DNA of 64,000 nucleotides. Origin: Terriglobia bacterium (GTDB lineage Bacteria > Acidobacteriota > Terriglobia > 20CM-2-55-15). The notes below the pieces were generated by a model. It worked only from the letters and a program-made list of their open reading frames with translations, did no database searches and had not been told where the DNA came from. The position numbers and the translations under genes are program-made. Positions 18,682 to 27,764 of the stretch are shown here, piece after piece. Location: contig DASXLG010000202.1 in the NCBI GenBank assembly GCA_036496425.1, positions 69-64,068 of the forward strand, in the 5' to 3' direction. Each line of letters begins with the position of its first letter. Position 1 is the stretch's first letter.

Positions 18682-19753
18682 CAGTGAAGCTCCTCGCGAT
18701 CGTTGCCGCCTTTTGTCCGAACTGAACGAAATCAGTGTCGGATAACACCTGCGTCGAAGCCGCAGCTTTTGCAGCCTGCGCATAGGAATCCAGATCCGCT
18801 CGTTCAATCCCCAGAGGACCCGCTAACCGTTCGCGGACAGCTGCGTCCATCAGATCAATGCGCTGGCGCAGAATCGTTGAAACATGCGCATTCAGATACT
18901 GTTGCATGATTGTCGCAGCCAGGATCCGCGCGCGCGCCGCACTGAATAAGCCGCCGAGAGCCTGTACGGTATCCACGGGATTGGTTCGTTCAACCGGCAA
19001 TTCATCAATCGGTGCTCCGAACCTGCGCCGGCAGCCGAAAATGTAAATCAGACCCGCCAATGAAAGCTGCGCGCACATCAACCCCCATGGGGTGGCGCTG
19101 AACATCGCCATAAGCGAAATCAGGCCACGCTGGGAAGCGAATCCAAGATGATATTCATCGAATAATGCGCCGCCGCCCCATTCCGAGCATCGTTGGGCAA
19201 GCCAGACTGCATTGTCGGTCTTACTCAGACTCGAATTTGAAAACGCATGATCATCCGCCACAAAAACGATTCTGCCCTTACCAACTGAAGTGATGGCCGC
19301 AGACTCCGTACCGCGGCCGGCGCCAGGACCGGCATGTATGGCATGCCGGTCGAGGAAATTCGGTACGGGACTCTTCGCGGAACTCTGGATGATCCAATCC
19401 GTATTGGACGCGAGTATCAATTGGCCGCCGGATCTGATCCATTCATCGAGTGCCCTGGCCTCATCCTGGCCCATGGTGTCGGGATGCATGACAATCAGCG
19501 AAGCGAAACCGGTGCGAGAGGGACGCTTCAGTTCTGTGAGTGGAAGACGCCACTGGCCGACGGAAGGCAATGCCCGCTGGAGGACAAGATAGATGGCCCG
19601 TCCGCCGCTGGCATCGGTGAAGAAAGTCGATGGTCTCCGCAAAACAGTATCGGTGGACGGATTCGCAGAAAGGGCGGAGATCGCCAGAATCAATATGAAA
19701 CAGATACCCGCGGCCAGCACTGCCGTCCATAGGTTCGACCGCGCTTCTTTCAC
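18641..19753 (-). CDS. DUF4350 domain protein
   Basis: A GTG start at 19753 forms a GTGA overlap with the upstream stop. Single N-terminal TM followed by a DUF4350-like periplasmic domain. Choice of start is uncertain. Confidence 0.55.
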   Translation of the reverse strand: MKEARSNLWTAVLAAGICFILILAISALSANPSTDTVLRRPSTFFTDASGGRAIYLVLQRALPSVGQWRLPLTELKRPSRTGFASLIVMHPDTMGQDEARALDEWIRSGGQLILASNTDWIIQSSAKSPVPNFLDRHAIHAGPGAGRGTESAAITSVGKGRIVFVADDHAFSNSSLSKTDNAVWLAQRCSEWGGGALFDEYHLGFASQRGLISLMAMFSATPWGLMCAQLSLAGLIYIFGCRRRFGAPIDELPVERTNPVDTVQALGGLFSAARARILAATIMQQYLNAHVSTILRQRIDLMDAAVRERLAGPLGIERADLDSYAQAAKAAASTQVLSDTDFVQFGQKAATIARSFTDGLARGRRSGTAG

Positions 19754-20370
19754 GAGCCCGCCTTTACCGCAAGCTGCCGGACCTGTGCCAGAAGTTCGCC
19801 GGCGTGGGCACAATCGAAATCACCGTGGGCATAAATGACGCGTTCGTAGGCGTTGGTCAGCTCGCGCAGGGCGGCAGCTCCGTCGGCGCCAATGGCGCAT
19901 TCGCGAATGTAGTCGCTGTTGGTTTTCCACCGCACAAATCGGATCTGGCCTGCTCGATCCAGAATGGATAGGAGAATGCGATGCGTTATCCAGATGGCTC
20001 TGTAGATATCGCCTTTGTTCAGAGCCTCGCCCGCCAGCCTGAAGGCGTCATTCCAACTTTCCGCAATGCCTTCGAGAGCACGAAGGCTCTGGTCACGCCG
20101 CCTGCCGTCATCTTCCTTTCGCAGCGACGCGAATTCTCGAGCGCCCGTAAGCACGATATGCACGATCAATAAAACGAGGATGACGGACAGTATTGCAATG
20201 AGCAGTTTCGATAATTGGGGGTTCCGGCCTGACCAATTCGCTACTTCGCGCAGCCATTGAAGCGCCCGATCCAGCAGGAGTTGAGTCCAGGTGGGTGTAG
20301 AAAGAAACTCCGGCCGTGCCAGAACGTCCTTTGTAATCTGCCGAACCTCTTCCGGAGTCGGAGCAATCAT
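19750..20370 (-). CDS. DUF4129 domain protein
   Basis: 206 aa with one TM. DUF4129-like. ATGA overlap with the upstream gene. Confidence 0.55.
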   Translation of the reverse strand: MIAPTPEEVRQITKDVLARPEFLSTPTWTQLLLDRALQWLREVANWSGRNPQLSKLLIAILSVILVLLIVHIVLTGAREFASLRKEDDGRRRDQSLRALEGIAESWNDAFRLAGEALNKGDIYRAIWITHRILLSILDRAGQIRFVRWKTNSDYIRECAIGADGAAALRELTNAYERVIYAHGDFDCAHAGELLAQVRQLAVKAGS

Positions 20371-21251
20371 GCTTGAACCGATGGGCTGCCGATGGCCTGA
20401 CTCAACATTTCAAGGTCGAATCCCTCCTTACGAATGCGAAAGTCGTAATAGAGCAGAGTGATTGCAATTGTCTGAAGCGGAGAAATCAGAATGCTGACGA
20501 AACTCGCGACAACACTCTGAACCAACGCGTTCAGACTCGATGCGGCATCGAAAACCAGAGATGTAACCCAATTGCCGCCGCTCTGGAGCAGGAGAGTCAT
20601 TACAAAGAACAGGGCGACGACGATGAAAACCTTGCCGCGATTTCCCTTAACCAGGTTCCAGCTGCGGCGGCGAATTTCCGCGCTGTCCATTGTTACAGGC
20701 GCCGTCTTTGGTTCGCCCGTCAGTGAGTAAACCCGGCGGGTTTTTCGATCGGCCGCTTCGACCATCACCACCGGCGCTATAAGTGAATACGAGAGGGCCC
20801 AGAGAATGCCGGGTACGATCAAGAGCATGAAGCCCCCGATAATAATCAGTCCGGCGACAACCTGCGTTACTACGAGAGTACCGACGCTTCCCCATGCCTC
20901 GGCTAATGCGCCTGCCGTCGTCACGGGGTTTCCCAGGTACTTGTCACTTACCGCCTTCGTTATGGCGCCGGTTACAAGCGGATAAACGACCATCAGGGTC
21001 AGCAACGAAATGAGCCCTGATACAAGCACCGCAACGAGAGGGACCGGCGAACCTCTGCGGTTAATCAAAAGCGTCGGTATCGCCTGAATTACAATCAGCG
21101 GCAAGTTAAAGACGGCCGTAATGCCGAACATGAGAGAAAAGTTTTCGGTATAGAGCCGGAATGCCCTGTCTAAAATCATCCCCACAGTCATCGGTTCGAA
21201 GTGATGTTCGCCACTGCCCACGGGGTTTACCTCCGTCATAACCGCTCGCAC
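20367..21251 (-). CDS. integral membrane protein (GPDPase-membrane-domain-like), first gene of the MoxR operon
   Basis: 294 aa with about 6 TM segments. Translationally coupled to the DUF4129 gene. Confidence 0.55.
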   Translation of the reverse strand: MRAVMTEVNPVGSGEHHFEPMTVGMILDRAFRLYTENFSLMFGITAVFNLPLIVIQAIPTLLINRRGSPVPLVAVLVSGLISLLTLMVVYPLVTGAITKAVSDKYLGNPVTTAGALAEAWGSVGTLVVTQVVAGLIIIGGFMLLIVPGILWALSYSLIAPVVMVEAADRKTRRVYSLTGEPKTAPVTMDSAEIRRRSWNLVKGNRGKVFIVVALFFVMTLLLQSGGNWVTSLVFDAASSLNALVQSVVASFVSILISPLQTIAITLLYYDFRIRKEGFDLEMLSQAIGSPSVQA

Positions 21252-21340
21252 GTGAGGCCGGTACTGTAACTGACGCGTCGAGCAGGGTCAATTGTACGAT
21301 TCGCGGCCGTGGTAGACTCGTCCCAAAAAAGGGAGGCCAC

Positions 21341-22210
21341 TTGGCGCAATTATTCAAAGCAGCAGCGGGACTCGTGTTCGCCATTGTCATCGCTGGAACG
21401 TCCGTGGCGGCAGGTGCCCAGTGGTTCAAGTATCCGAGTCCGGGAGCGCCGCGGACGGCGAACGGAGAGGTCGATCTTTCGGCAGCGGCTCCGCGGCTGG
21501 CGAATGGCAAGCCGGATTTGTCGGGTGTCTGGATGACCGGAGATCCGTCCTGCGGAGTTGGAGGTCCGGCGAACCTCAGCGATCTGATCAAGCTGGCTCC
21601 TCCGTCACGCAAGTGTCCGCCTCGTGGGGCAGCGATGTCGCGCGAAGGTATCAACATGGGTGTCGACCTGCCCGGCGGGTTACCTTACCAACCCTGGCTC
21701 GCGGATCTCGTTCAAAAACGCACGGCGAGCCTGGCGATCGACGATCCCCATATCCGGTGCCTGCCCGACACGTTTCTGCGCGCATATGGGCTCCCCCATT
21801 ATCTGAAGTTTATTCAAACGCCGAATATTCTCGCGGTGCTCAATGAAATGAACGGTGTTTACCGCCAGGTGTTCACGGACGGGCGGCCCCTGCCGGACGA
21901 CCCGAATCCGTCCTGGCAAGGATATTCGTCGGCCACCTGGTCCGGCGATACTCTCGTCGTGGAGACGATCGGATTTCGCGACGACCTATGGATCGACTGG
22001 GACGGCAGCGTCATCACACAATCCGCAAAGGTTCGCGAGCGAATCCGGCGGCCGGATTTCGGACACCTCGAAATCGAAGTAACGGTGGATGATCCGAAAG
22101 CATATACGAAGCCATGGAGCGTGACGTTGCACCAGCAGTTCGCACCTGATACGGAGTTGATCGATGAAATCTGCGCCGAGAATGAGAAGTTCTCACGGCA
22201 GCTGAAGTAG
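21341..22210 (+). CDS. secreted hypothetical protein
   Basis: TTG start 6 nt after a GGGAGG SD. Signal peptide MAQLFKAAAGLVFAIVIAGTSVAAGAQ. 289 aa. Confidence 0.6.
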   Translation: MAQLFKAAAGLVFAIVIAGTSVAAGAQWFKYPSPGAPRTANGEVDLSAAAPRLANGKPDLSGVWMTGDPSCGVGGPANLSDLIKLAPPSRKCPPRGAAMSREGINMGVDLPGGLPYQPWLADLVQKRTASLAIDDPHIRCLPDTFLRAYGLPHYLKFIQTPNILAVLNEMNGVYRQVFTDGRPLPDDPNPSWQGYSSATWSGDTLVVETIGFRDDLWIDWDGSVITQSAKVRERIRRPDFGHLEIEVTVDDPKAYTKPWSVTLHQQFAPDTELIDEICAENEKFSRQLK

Positions 22211-22231
22211 GCGCGCGTAATTCGGCATCGT

Positions 22232-22380
22232 GTGTGAGCGACCCCCTGCCCGCGCTTGCGCGGGCTGTCCCCCTGTGTCAGGGGGACAGTCAACAGTCAA
22301 ACCCCAGCAACTATCCTCCTGATGCAGGCCTGATACAGGGGGATAGCCGGCCGCCAGGCCGGCAGGGGGTCGCTCACAAG
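22232..22380. repeat. nested palindromic element (CAGGGGG/CCCCCTG heptamers) filling a convergent intergenic gap
   Basis: Perfect 18-bp terminal inverted repeat (TGTGAGCGACCCCCTGCC ... GGCAGGGGGTCGCTCACA). Internal hairpins CCCGCGC-ttg-GCGCGGG and CTGTCCCCCTG-tgt-CAGGGGGACAG are also present. Confidence 0.6.
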
Positions 22381-22385
22381 GACTG

Positions 22386-23690
22386 TCAGTAGCGGTTCGC
22401 GACGGGGAGTTCTTTAGCCGGATATAACGAAATGATCTTTGCGCCTTCCGGCGTGAGCACGACCATTTCTTCGATGCGCGCGGCGGAGACTCCGTCCGTT
22501 GCGGGACAGAATGTTTCGACGGCGAACACCATACCGGCCTTCAGCTCGTAGGGCTCGACGAAGGAATTCAGCCGCGAAATCAATGGACGCTCGTGCAAGC
22601 CCAATCCCAGACCGTGGCAGAAATTCAGGCCGAACGCGGCCATTTCGGTTTCGAAACCGATGTCCGAAGCCTTGGGTAGCTGCTCGGCGGCTTTGTCCGT
22701 CGTAACGCCCGGCTTGAGCATTTCGATAGTGTCGTCCATCCACTGCCGTGCGCGTTTGTAGGCATCGCGCTGCGGGGCGGTCGAGCTGCCGACCGAAAAG
22801 GTGCGGTAGTAGCAGGTTCGATAGCCGATAAACGAATGGATGATGTCGAAATATGCCTGATCGCCGGGGCGGATCAGACGATCCGTGAAATTGTGCGGGT
22901 GCGGACTGCAGCGTTCTCCGGCAATCGAGTTGATGCCTTCCACGCAATCCGATCCCATTTCATATAGCCGCTTCGAGGCCAGCGCCACGATCTGGCTTTC
23001 CTTCACGCCGGGTTTCAATGCGTCGGCGATGTCGTGATACACGCCGTCGACCATGCTGGACGCGATATTCAAAAGCGTGATTTCGTCGTGGCTCTTCACT
23101 TCGCGCGCATACAGCATCATCTGCTGTCCGTCGCGGACTTCGATTCCTTCTTCCTGAAGCGCGAAGAGCATCGGTGGCTCGCACACGTCCAGACCGAGCG
23201 GCATGTCCGCGACGCCTTCCTTCTTGAGAATCTCTTTGATCTCCTTCGCGGCCGCCTTGAACAGACCCACTTCGGGACCGATCGCGCCTCGCATGCCCGG
23301 ATTTCCCGCACGGACATGGTCCTCGTGCAGCCACGGACAGTAAATACGGTGATGGCGGGCCGCCGAACCGAAATCCCAGACCCACGGATCACCGGTTCCC
23401 GTCAGCAGGCAATAGCGGATCAGCTTGTCGCGAGCCCACTCACCAATAACGGTGCTCGAGATGTATCGGATGTTGTGCTGATCGAAGCAAAGCATGGCGC
23501 CGAGATCGGACTTCCCGAGCGATTCGCGCGTGCGCGCGAGGCGGTATCGATGAAGGCGGCGGAACTCCACCCGCTCTTCAAAATCCACCTGAGTAATTCC
23601 GGGCGCCTGCAGCGGGCGGTGCCAGCGATGCGCGGGCTTGAGATCGTCTTCATTAACGGGCAGAAATTCCGGTCTGTTCGACTTCTTCAT
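22386..23690 (-). CDS. M24 family metallopeptidase (Xaa-Pro peptidase / creatinase-like)
   Basis: 434 aa: a creatinase/prolidase-like N-terminal domain plus a pita-bread M24 C-terminal domain. SD before the ATG. Confidence 0.75.
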   Translation of the reverse strand: MKKSNRPEFLPVNEDDLKPAHRWHRPLQAPGITQVDFEERVEFRRLHRYRLARTRESLGKSDLGAMLCFDQHNIRYISSTVIGEWARDKLIRYCLLTGTGDPWVWDFGSAARHHRIYCPWLHEDHVRAGNPGMRGAIGPEVGLFKAAAKEIKEILKKEGVADMPLGLDVCEPPMLFALQEEGIEVRDGQQMMLYAREVKSHDEITLLNIASSMVDGVYHDIADALKPGVKESQIVALASKRLYEMGSDCVEGINSIAGERCSPHPHNFTDRLIRPGDQAYFDIIHSFIGYRTCYYRTFSVGSSTAPQRDAYKRARQWMDDTIEMLKPGVTTDKAAEQLPKASDIGFETEMAAFGLNFCHGLGLGLHERPLISRLNSFVEPYELKAGMVFAVETFCPATDGVSAARIEEMVVLTPEGAKIISLYPAKELPVANRY

Positions 23691-24853
23691 TAGAGCAACT
23701 CCGCTGGCTTGCGAATCGCTTCGGCCAGATCGTTCAGAAACATTGCGCCTTGAGCGCCATCGATCACACGATGGTCGCCGGATAATGTCAGCGTCATCAT
23801 CGGCCGCACAGCGGGCTTTCCATCCACGGCGACGACGCGGTCGGCGATGCGGCCAACCGCGAGGATTGCCGCCTGGGGCGGCAGAATGATCGCGCTGAAC
23901 GCATCGACGTTATACATGCCGAGATTCGTAATCGTGAACGTTCCGTTCGCCACATCCGAAGGCTTCAGACGGCCGCCGCGCGCTCGCTCGGTGAGATCTT
24001 TCCGCTGCTGCGCGATGCCCGGGAGCGAAGCCGCGTCGGCGTTGGGAATGACTGCTCCGACCACACCGTCCGTCACCGCCATGGCAAGACTGATGTTGAT
24101 GTTCGGGTTGAGGTGGATGCCGTTCCGGACCCAGCTCGCGTTGACCTTGGGATGCTTCTTCAACACGCGCGCGGTGAGTGAAACAAGGAGATCCGTAATG
24201 GTGACTTTATCGCGGCCCTGTTTTTCACGGGTTTCGAGCAGCGCTGTGGCATCGAGATCGCGAACAAGGAAGAAATGAGGAACCTGAGTCCAGCTCTGCG
24301 TCGTGCGCTCGGCCATGAGACGCGCGACGGCGCTGAGCGTGGCGGAGGCTGAAGTGGCGCCCGCGAGGACGTCGTCACTGATAATCGTGCCGGCGGGACC
24401 GGAGCCTTTCAGCGACCCGAGATCGACACCCTGCTCTTTAGCAAGCCGCCGCGCCTTCGGAGAAATCTGGGCGCGCGGGGACGAATCAGGGGTCGCACCC
24501 CCAATTCCTAGGTTTCGGAATTCGGGGTGCGACCCCTGATTCGTCCCCGATTTCGGGCCGGTAATTTTTCTGGCGGAAGGAGCCGCAGTGCCGGAGTCGG
24601 CCGGGGGCGTCTCGCCGGGAGCGACGATCCAGGCGATCGTCACGCCGACCGGAACGACATCACCCTCCTGAGACTTGACGCCGGCGAGCACACCGTCCGC
24701 CGCCGCTTCCACTTCCACGACGGCTTTGTCCGTCTCGATCTCGAGAATCGGCTCGCCCTTACTGATGGCATCGCCTTCTTTCTTGAGCCACGAAACGATC
24801 TTTCCCGTTTCCTGCGCCATTTCCAGCGCAGGCATCACTATGCTGGTTGCCAT
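23690..24853 (-). CDS. 2-oxoacid dehydrogenase complex E2 (dihydrolipoamide acyltransferase)
   Basis: Lipoyl domain (EIETDKAVVEVEA), PSBD (ISPKARRLAKEQGVDLGSLKGSGPAG) and a catalytic domain ending DHRVIDGAQGAMFLNDL. Confidence 0.9.
   Translation of the reverse strand: MATSIVMPALEMAQETGKIVSWLKKEGDAISKGEPILEIETDKAVVEVEAAADGVLAGVKSQEGDVVPVGVTIAWIVAPGETPPADSGTAAPSARKITGPKSGTNQGSHPEFRNLGIGGATPDSSPRAQISPKARRLAKEQGVDLGSLKGSGPAGTIISDDVLAGATSASATLSAVARLMAERTTQSWTQVPHFFLVRDLDATALLETREKQGRDKVTITDLLVSLTARVLKKHPKVNASWVRNGIHLNPNINISLAMAVTDGVVGAVIPNADAASLPGIAQQRKDLTERARGGRLKPSDVANGTFTITNLGMYNVDAFSAIILPPQAAILAVGRIADRVVAVDGKPAVRPMMTLTLSGDHRVIDGAQGAMFLNDLAEAIRKPAELL
24477..24548. repeat. 72-nt perfect palindromic element lying in-frame inside the E2 linker
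   Basis: 25-bp perfect stem (GGGGACGAATCAGGGGTCGCACCCC / GGGGTGCGACCCCTGATTCGTCCCC), a 6-bp inner stem (AATTCC/GGAATT) and an 8-nt loop. Length is 72 nt (24 codons). It encodes the linker segment between the lipoyl domain and the PSBD. Confidence 0.7.
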
Positions 24854-24868
24854 AATCGGTTCAAATGT

Positions 24869-25873
24869 CTACTCGAACATGTTCCGGGCCGCGTCGAAGA
24901 CCATTTGCTCGGTGGGAACCGTCGCATCTTCCAGCGGCGGTGAAAATGGAATCGGAACGTGCATCGCTCCAATACGTTTGACCGGCCAATCCAGATCGAA
25001 GAAACACTTTTCGGCAATCACCGAAGCGATCTCGGCGGTAGCGCCGTACCGGAAGTAGCCTTCGTCGACCACGATCGCACGCGCCGTTTTCTTCACAGAT
25101 TCGAGGATCGTTTCCTCATCGAGCGGCCATAACGTGCGCGGATCGATCACTTCAGCGCTGATGCCCTGGGCATCCAGCATTGTGGCAGCGCCCAAAGCAA
25201 CCTGAACCATGCTGCTTGTAGCAACGATCGTGACATCGTCGCCCTTGCGTTTGACGTCGGCCAGGCCGAGTGGAATCGTGTAATCTTCCGGCGGCACCGG
25301 GCCTTTCAACTTGTACATCATCTTGTCTTCAAAGAAGACGACGGGGTTTTCGTCGCGAATCGCGGTCTTCATCAGACCTTTCGCATCATAAGGCGTCGAA
25401 GGAAGCACGACTTTCAAGCCCGGAATGTGACAGAACCACGCGTGCAACGACTGCGAATGCTGAGCAGCCGAACGGCGGCTGGCGCCGAGCGTGGCGCGCA
25501 TGACCATCGGGACTTTCCATTTTCCGCCGGACATGTAGTGAACCTTCGCAGCCTGATTCACCATCTGGTCCATGACCAGCGTCGAAAAGTCGCCGAACAT
25601 GATGTCCACGACCGGCCGCATGCCGGTCATGGCCGCGCCGACCGCCATTCCGGTAAAGCCGGGTTCTGAGATCGGCGTGTCCAGGACGCGTTCGGGACCG
25701 AATTCATCGACCAGTCCACTGAGGACTTTGAAAACAGTTCCGGCTTCCGCGATGTCCTCTCCGCAGATGAACACCGTGGAATCACGGCGCATCTCTTCGG
25801 CGAGCGCCTCGCGGACCGCTTCTCCTAATGTCAGTTCGCGTGTCTCAGGCATAAATATCGTCATGCACCTCAT
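24869..25873 (-). CDS. 2-oxoacid dehydrogenase E1 component beta subunit
   Basis: Transketolase-like pyrimidine-binding plus C-terminal domains. An alternative start is the ATG at 25852 (MPETRELTLGEA...). Confidence 0.9.
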   Translation of the reverse strand: MRCMTIFMPETRELTLGEAVREALAEEMRRDSTVFICGEDIAEAGTVFKVLSGLVDEFGPERVLDTPISEPGFTGMAVGAAMTGMRPVVDIMFGDFSTLVMDQMVNQAAKVHYMSGGKWKVPMVMRATLGASRRSAAQHSQSLHAWFCHIPGLKVVLPSTPYDAKGLMKTAIRDENPVVFFEDKMMYKLKGPVPPEDYTIPLGLADVKRKGDDVTIVATSSMVQVALGAATMLDAQGISAEVIDPRTLWPLDEETILESVKKTARAIVVDEGYFRYGATAEIASVIAEKCFFDLDWPVKRIGAMHVPIPFSPPLEDATVPTEQMVFDAARNMFE

Positions 25874-26843
25874 CGACGCCGGGATATGGCGCGTCGATCG
25901 CGAATTTCACCGCTTTCTTAACCTCCGCTTCCACCTCGGCATGCATCTTGTCGAGCGCCGCCCGATCCGCCAGTTTTTCCGAGATCAACCAGTCCGCGAG
26001 CATCTTCACCGGATCACGCTGCGTCTTCCACATCGTCTCTTCTTCTTTCGAACGGTAGTAATCGCGCTTGACGTCACCGACGTGATGGCCATGGAACCGG
26101 TATGTATTGCACACCAGAAATGCAGGGCCCGCGCCGCCGCGCACCCGGTTCACGATCTCCTTCGCGGTCGCGTACACCTTGCGCACATCCTGTCCGTCGA
26201 TGGCTTCGCCCGGAATGCCGAAACCGGCAGCCCGGGTGACCATATCGCCGGCCAGCGTTTCTGAATTGTGGGTGTATTCGTTGTAGAGGTTGTTTTCGCA
26301 GACGTAGATGACCGGCAGCTTCCACAGTGCCGCCATGTTCATGACTTCATAGAGCAAGCCCTGTCCCATCGCGCCGTCGCCAAAGAAGCAGACGGCAACC
26401 TGATTCGTCTTCAAACGCTTCGCCGAAAGAGCGGCTCCGGTGGCGATACCGGCGCTTCCGCCCACGATGGCGTTCGCGCCCAGGTTTCCGGTTTCCGGAT
26501 CCGCGATGTGCATCGAACCGCCCTTGCCTTTGCAGTACCCGGCCTTTTTACCGAGCAGCTCGGCGAACATCCGATCGAGTTCCGCTCCCTTGGCCAGGCA
26601 GTGGCCGTGACCGCGGTGCGTGCTCGTGATGTAGTCATTGGGGTTCAGCGACTGGCAGACACCCACAGCGATGGCTTCTTCGCCAATGTAGAGGTGCGCG
26701 AGACCGGGCATGAGAGCGCGCGTGTAAAGGTCATTCGCGCTCTCTTCAAACGATCGGATCATCAGCATTTGGCGGTACATCCGGAGCCACTGTTCAGCTT
26801 CGGCCTGTGCCTGTGTTTTTGAAGGATCAACAGCCGTTGTCAT
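25845..26843 (-). CDS. 2-oxoacid dehydrogenase E1 component alpha subunit (TPP-dependent)
   Basis: TPP-binding motif GDGAMGQGLLYEVMNMAALWKLPVIYVCENN. 332 aa. Confidence 0.9.
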   Translation of the reverse strand: MTTAVDPSKTQAQAEAEQWLRMYRQMLMIRSFEESANDLYTRALMPGLAHLYIGEEAIAVGVCQSLNPNDYITSTHRGHGHCLAKGAELDRMFAELLGKKAGYCKGKGGSMHIADPETGNLGANAIVGGSAGIATGAALSAKRLKTNQVAVCFFGDGAMGQGLLYEVMNMAALWKLPVIYVCENNLYNEYTHNSETLAGDMVTRAAGFGIPGEAIDGQDVRKVYATAKEIVNRVRGGAGPAFLVCNTYRFHGHHVGDVKRDYYRSKEEETMWKTQRDPVKMLADWLISEKLADRAALDKMHAEVEAEVKKAVKFAIDAPYPGVDEVHDDIYA

Positions 26844-27721
26844 TTTGAAACTCCTGAGAGCTTTTCAAGAACTTTGAAAATGATCGCGAAGTCTTTTTCG
26901 GCGAGCCCCATTGCGCGTGCGGCGGTGAGGTATTCATTAGCAAGAGAAGTCGTCGGCAAAGGCACGTCGACCTGGCGGCCCAGTTCGAGCGCCAGCTGCA
27001 TATCTTTCTGCATCATGTTGACGTTGAACCAGGCTTCGTCGGGCATGTTCAGAACGAACGGTCCGCGGTACTGCAACATGGGAGATGCGACAACGCTGTG
27101 GAGAAGGACGTCCACGGCGATGTCGCGCGAAATGCCGGCCTTTTCCGCAAGCAATACGCCTTCGGCGAAAGCGAGAATCTGCGTCGGCAGGCAAAGGTTG
27201 ATGGCGATTTTCATCGAAAGCGCGAGGCCGTTATCGCCGACGTGCGTCGCCTTGGGTCCGAGATCAAGCAGGATCGGCTTGACCCGCTCGAAGGTCTCAG
27301 CGCGGCCGCCGACCATGACCGTAATTTTCCCCTGTTGAACTGTGATCACGCTTCCCGAAACAGGCGCATCCACCATGTCCGCGCCTTTTTCGCGAGCTAG
27401 TGCAGCGTGCTTGCGGCTGGTGGCCGGGCTCACGGTGCTCATATCGACCCAGACTTTTCCGGAGCTGAGGCCCGCAAGGATCCCATTGGGACCTTCCGCC
27501 AGCTCCGAAATGGCCGCGGAATTGGTAACCATCGAAAAGATGATATCGGCGGCGGCACACACCGCTTTGGGAGAGCCGGCCCACTTCATGCCCTTGTCGA
27601 GGAGCCATTGTGCCTTTGATTTCGTGCGGTTATAGCCAGTGACCGTATGTCCCTTTTCGAGGAACTTTTCGACCATATGGCTGCCCATCACACCAAGCCC
27701 GACGTACCCTAAATTCGCCAT
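26840..27721 (-). CDS. NAD(P)-dependent 3-hydroxyisobutyrate dehydrogenase family oxidoreductase
   Basis: MANLGYVGLGVMGSHM... Rossmann fold plus the HIBADH/6PGDH-like C-terminal domain. 4-nt overlap with the E1alpha start. Confidence 0.85.
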   Translation of the reverse strand: MANLGYVGLGVMGSHMVEKFLEKGHTVTGYNRTKSKAQWLLDKGMKWAGSPKAVCAAADIIFSMVTNSAAISELAEGPNGILAGLSSGKVWVDMSTVSPATSRKHAALAREKGADMVDAPVSGSVITVQQGKITVMVGGRAETFERVKPILLDLGPKATHVGDNGLALSMKIAINLCLPTQILAFAEGVLLAEKAGISRDIAVDVLLHSVVASPMLQYRGPFVLNMPDEAWFNVNMMQKDMQLALELGRQVDVPLPTTSLANEYLTAARAMGLAEKDFAIIFKVLEKLSGVSK

Positions 27722-27764
27722 GGACGAAAGATTCTACCGTATTATGTCGAGCCGGGAGGCACAA

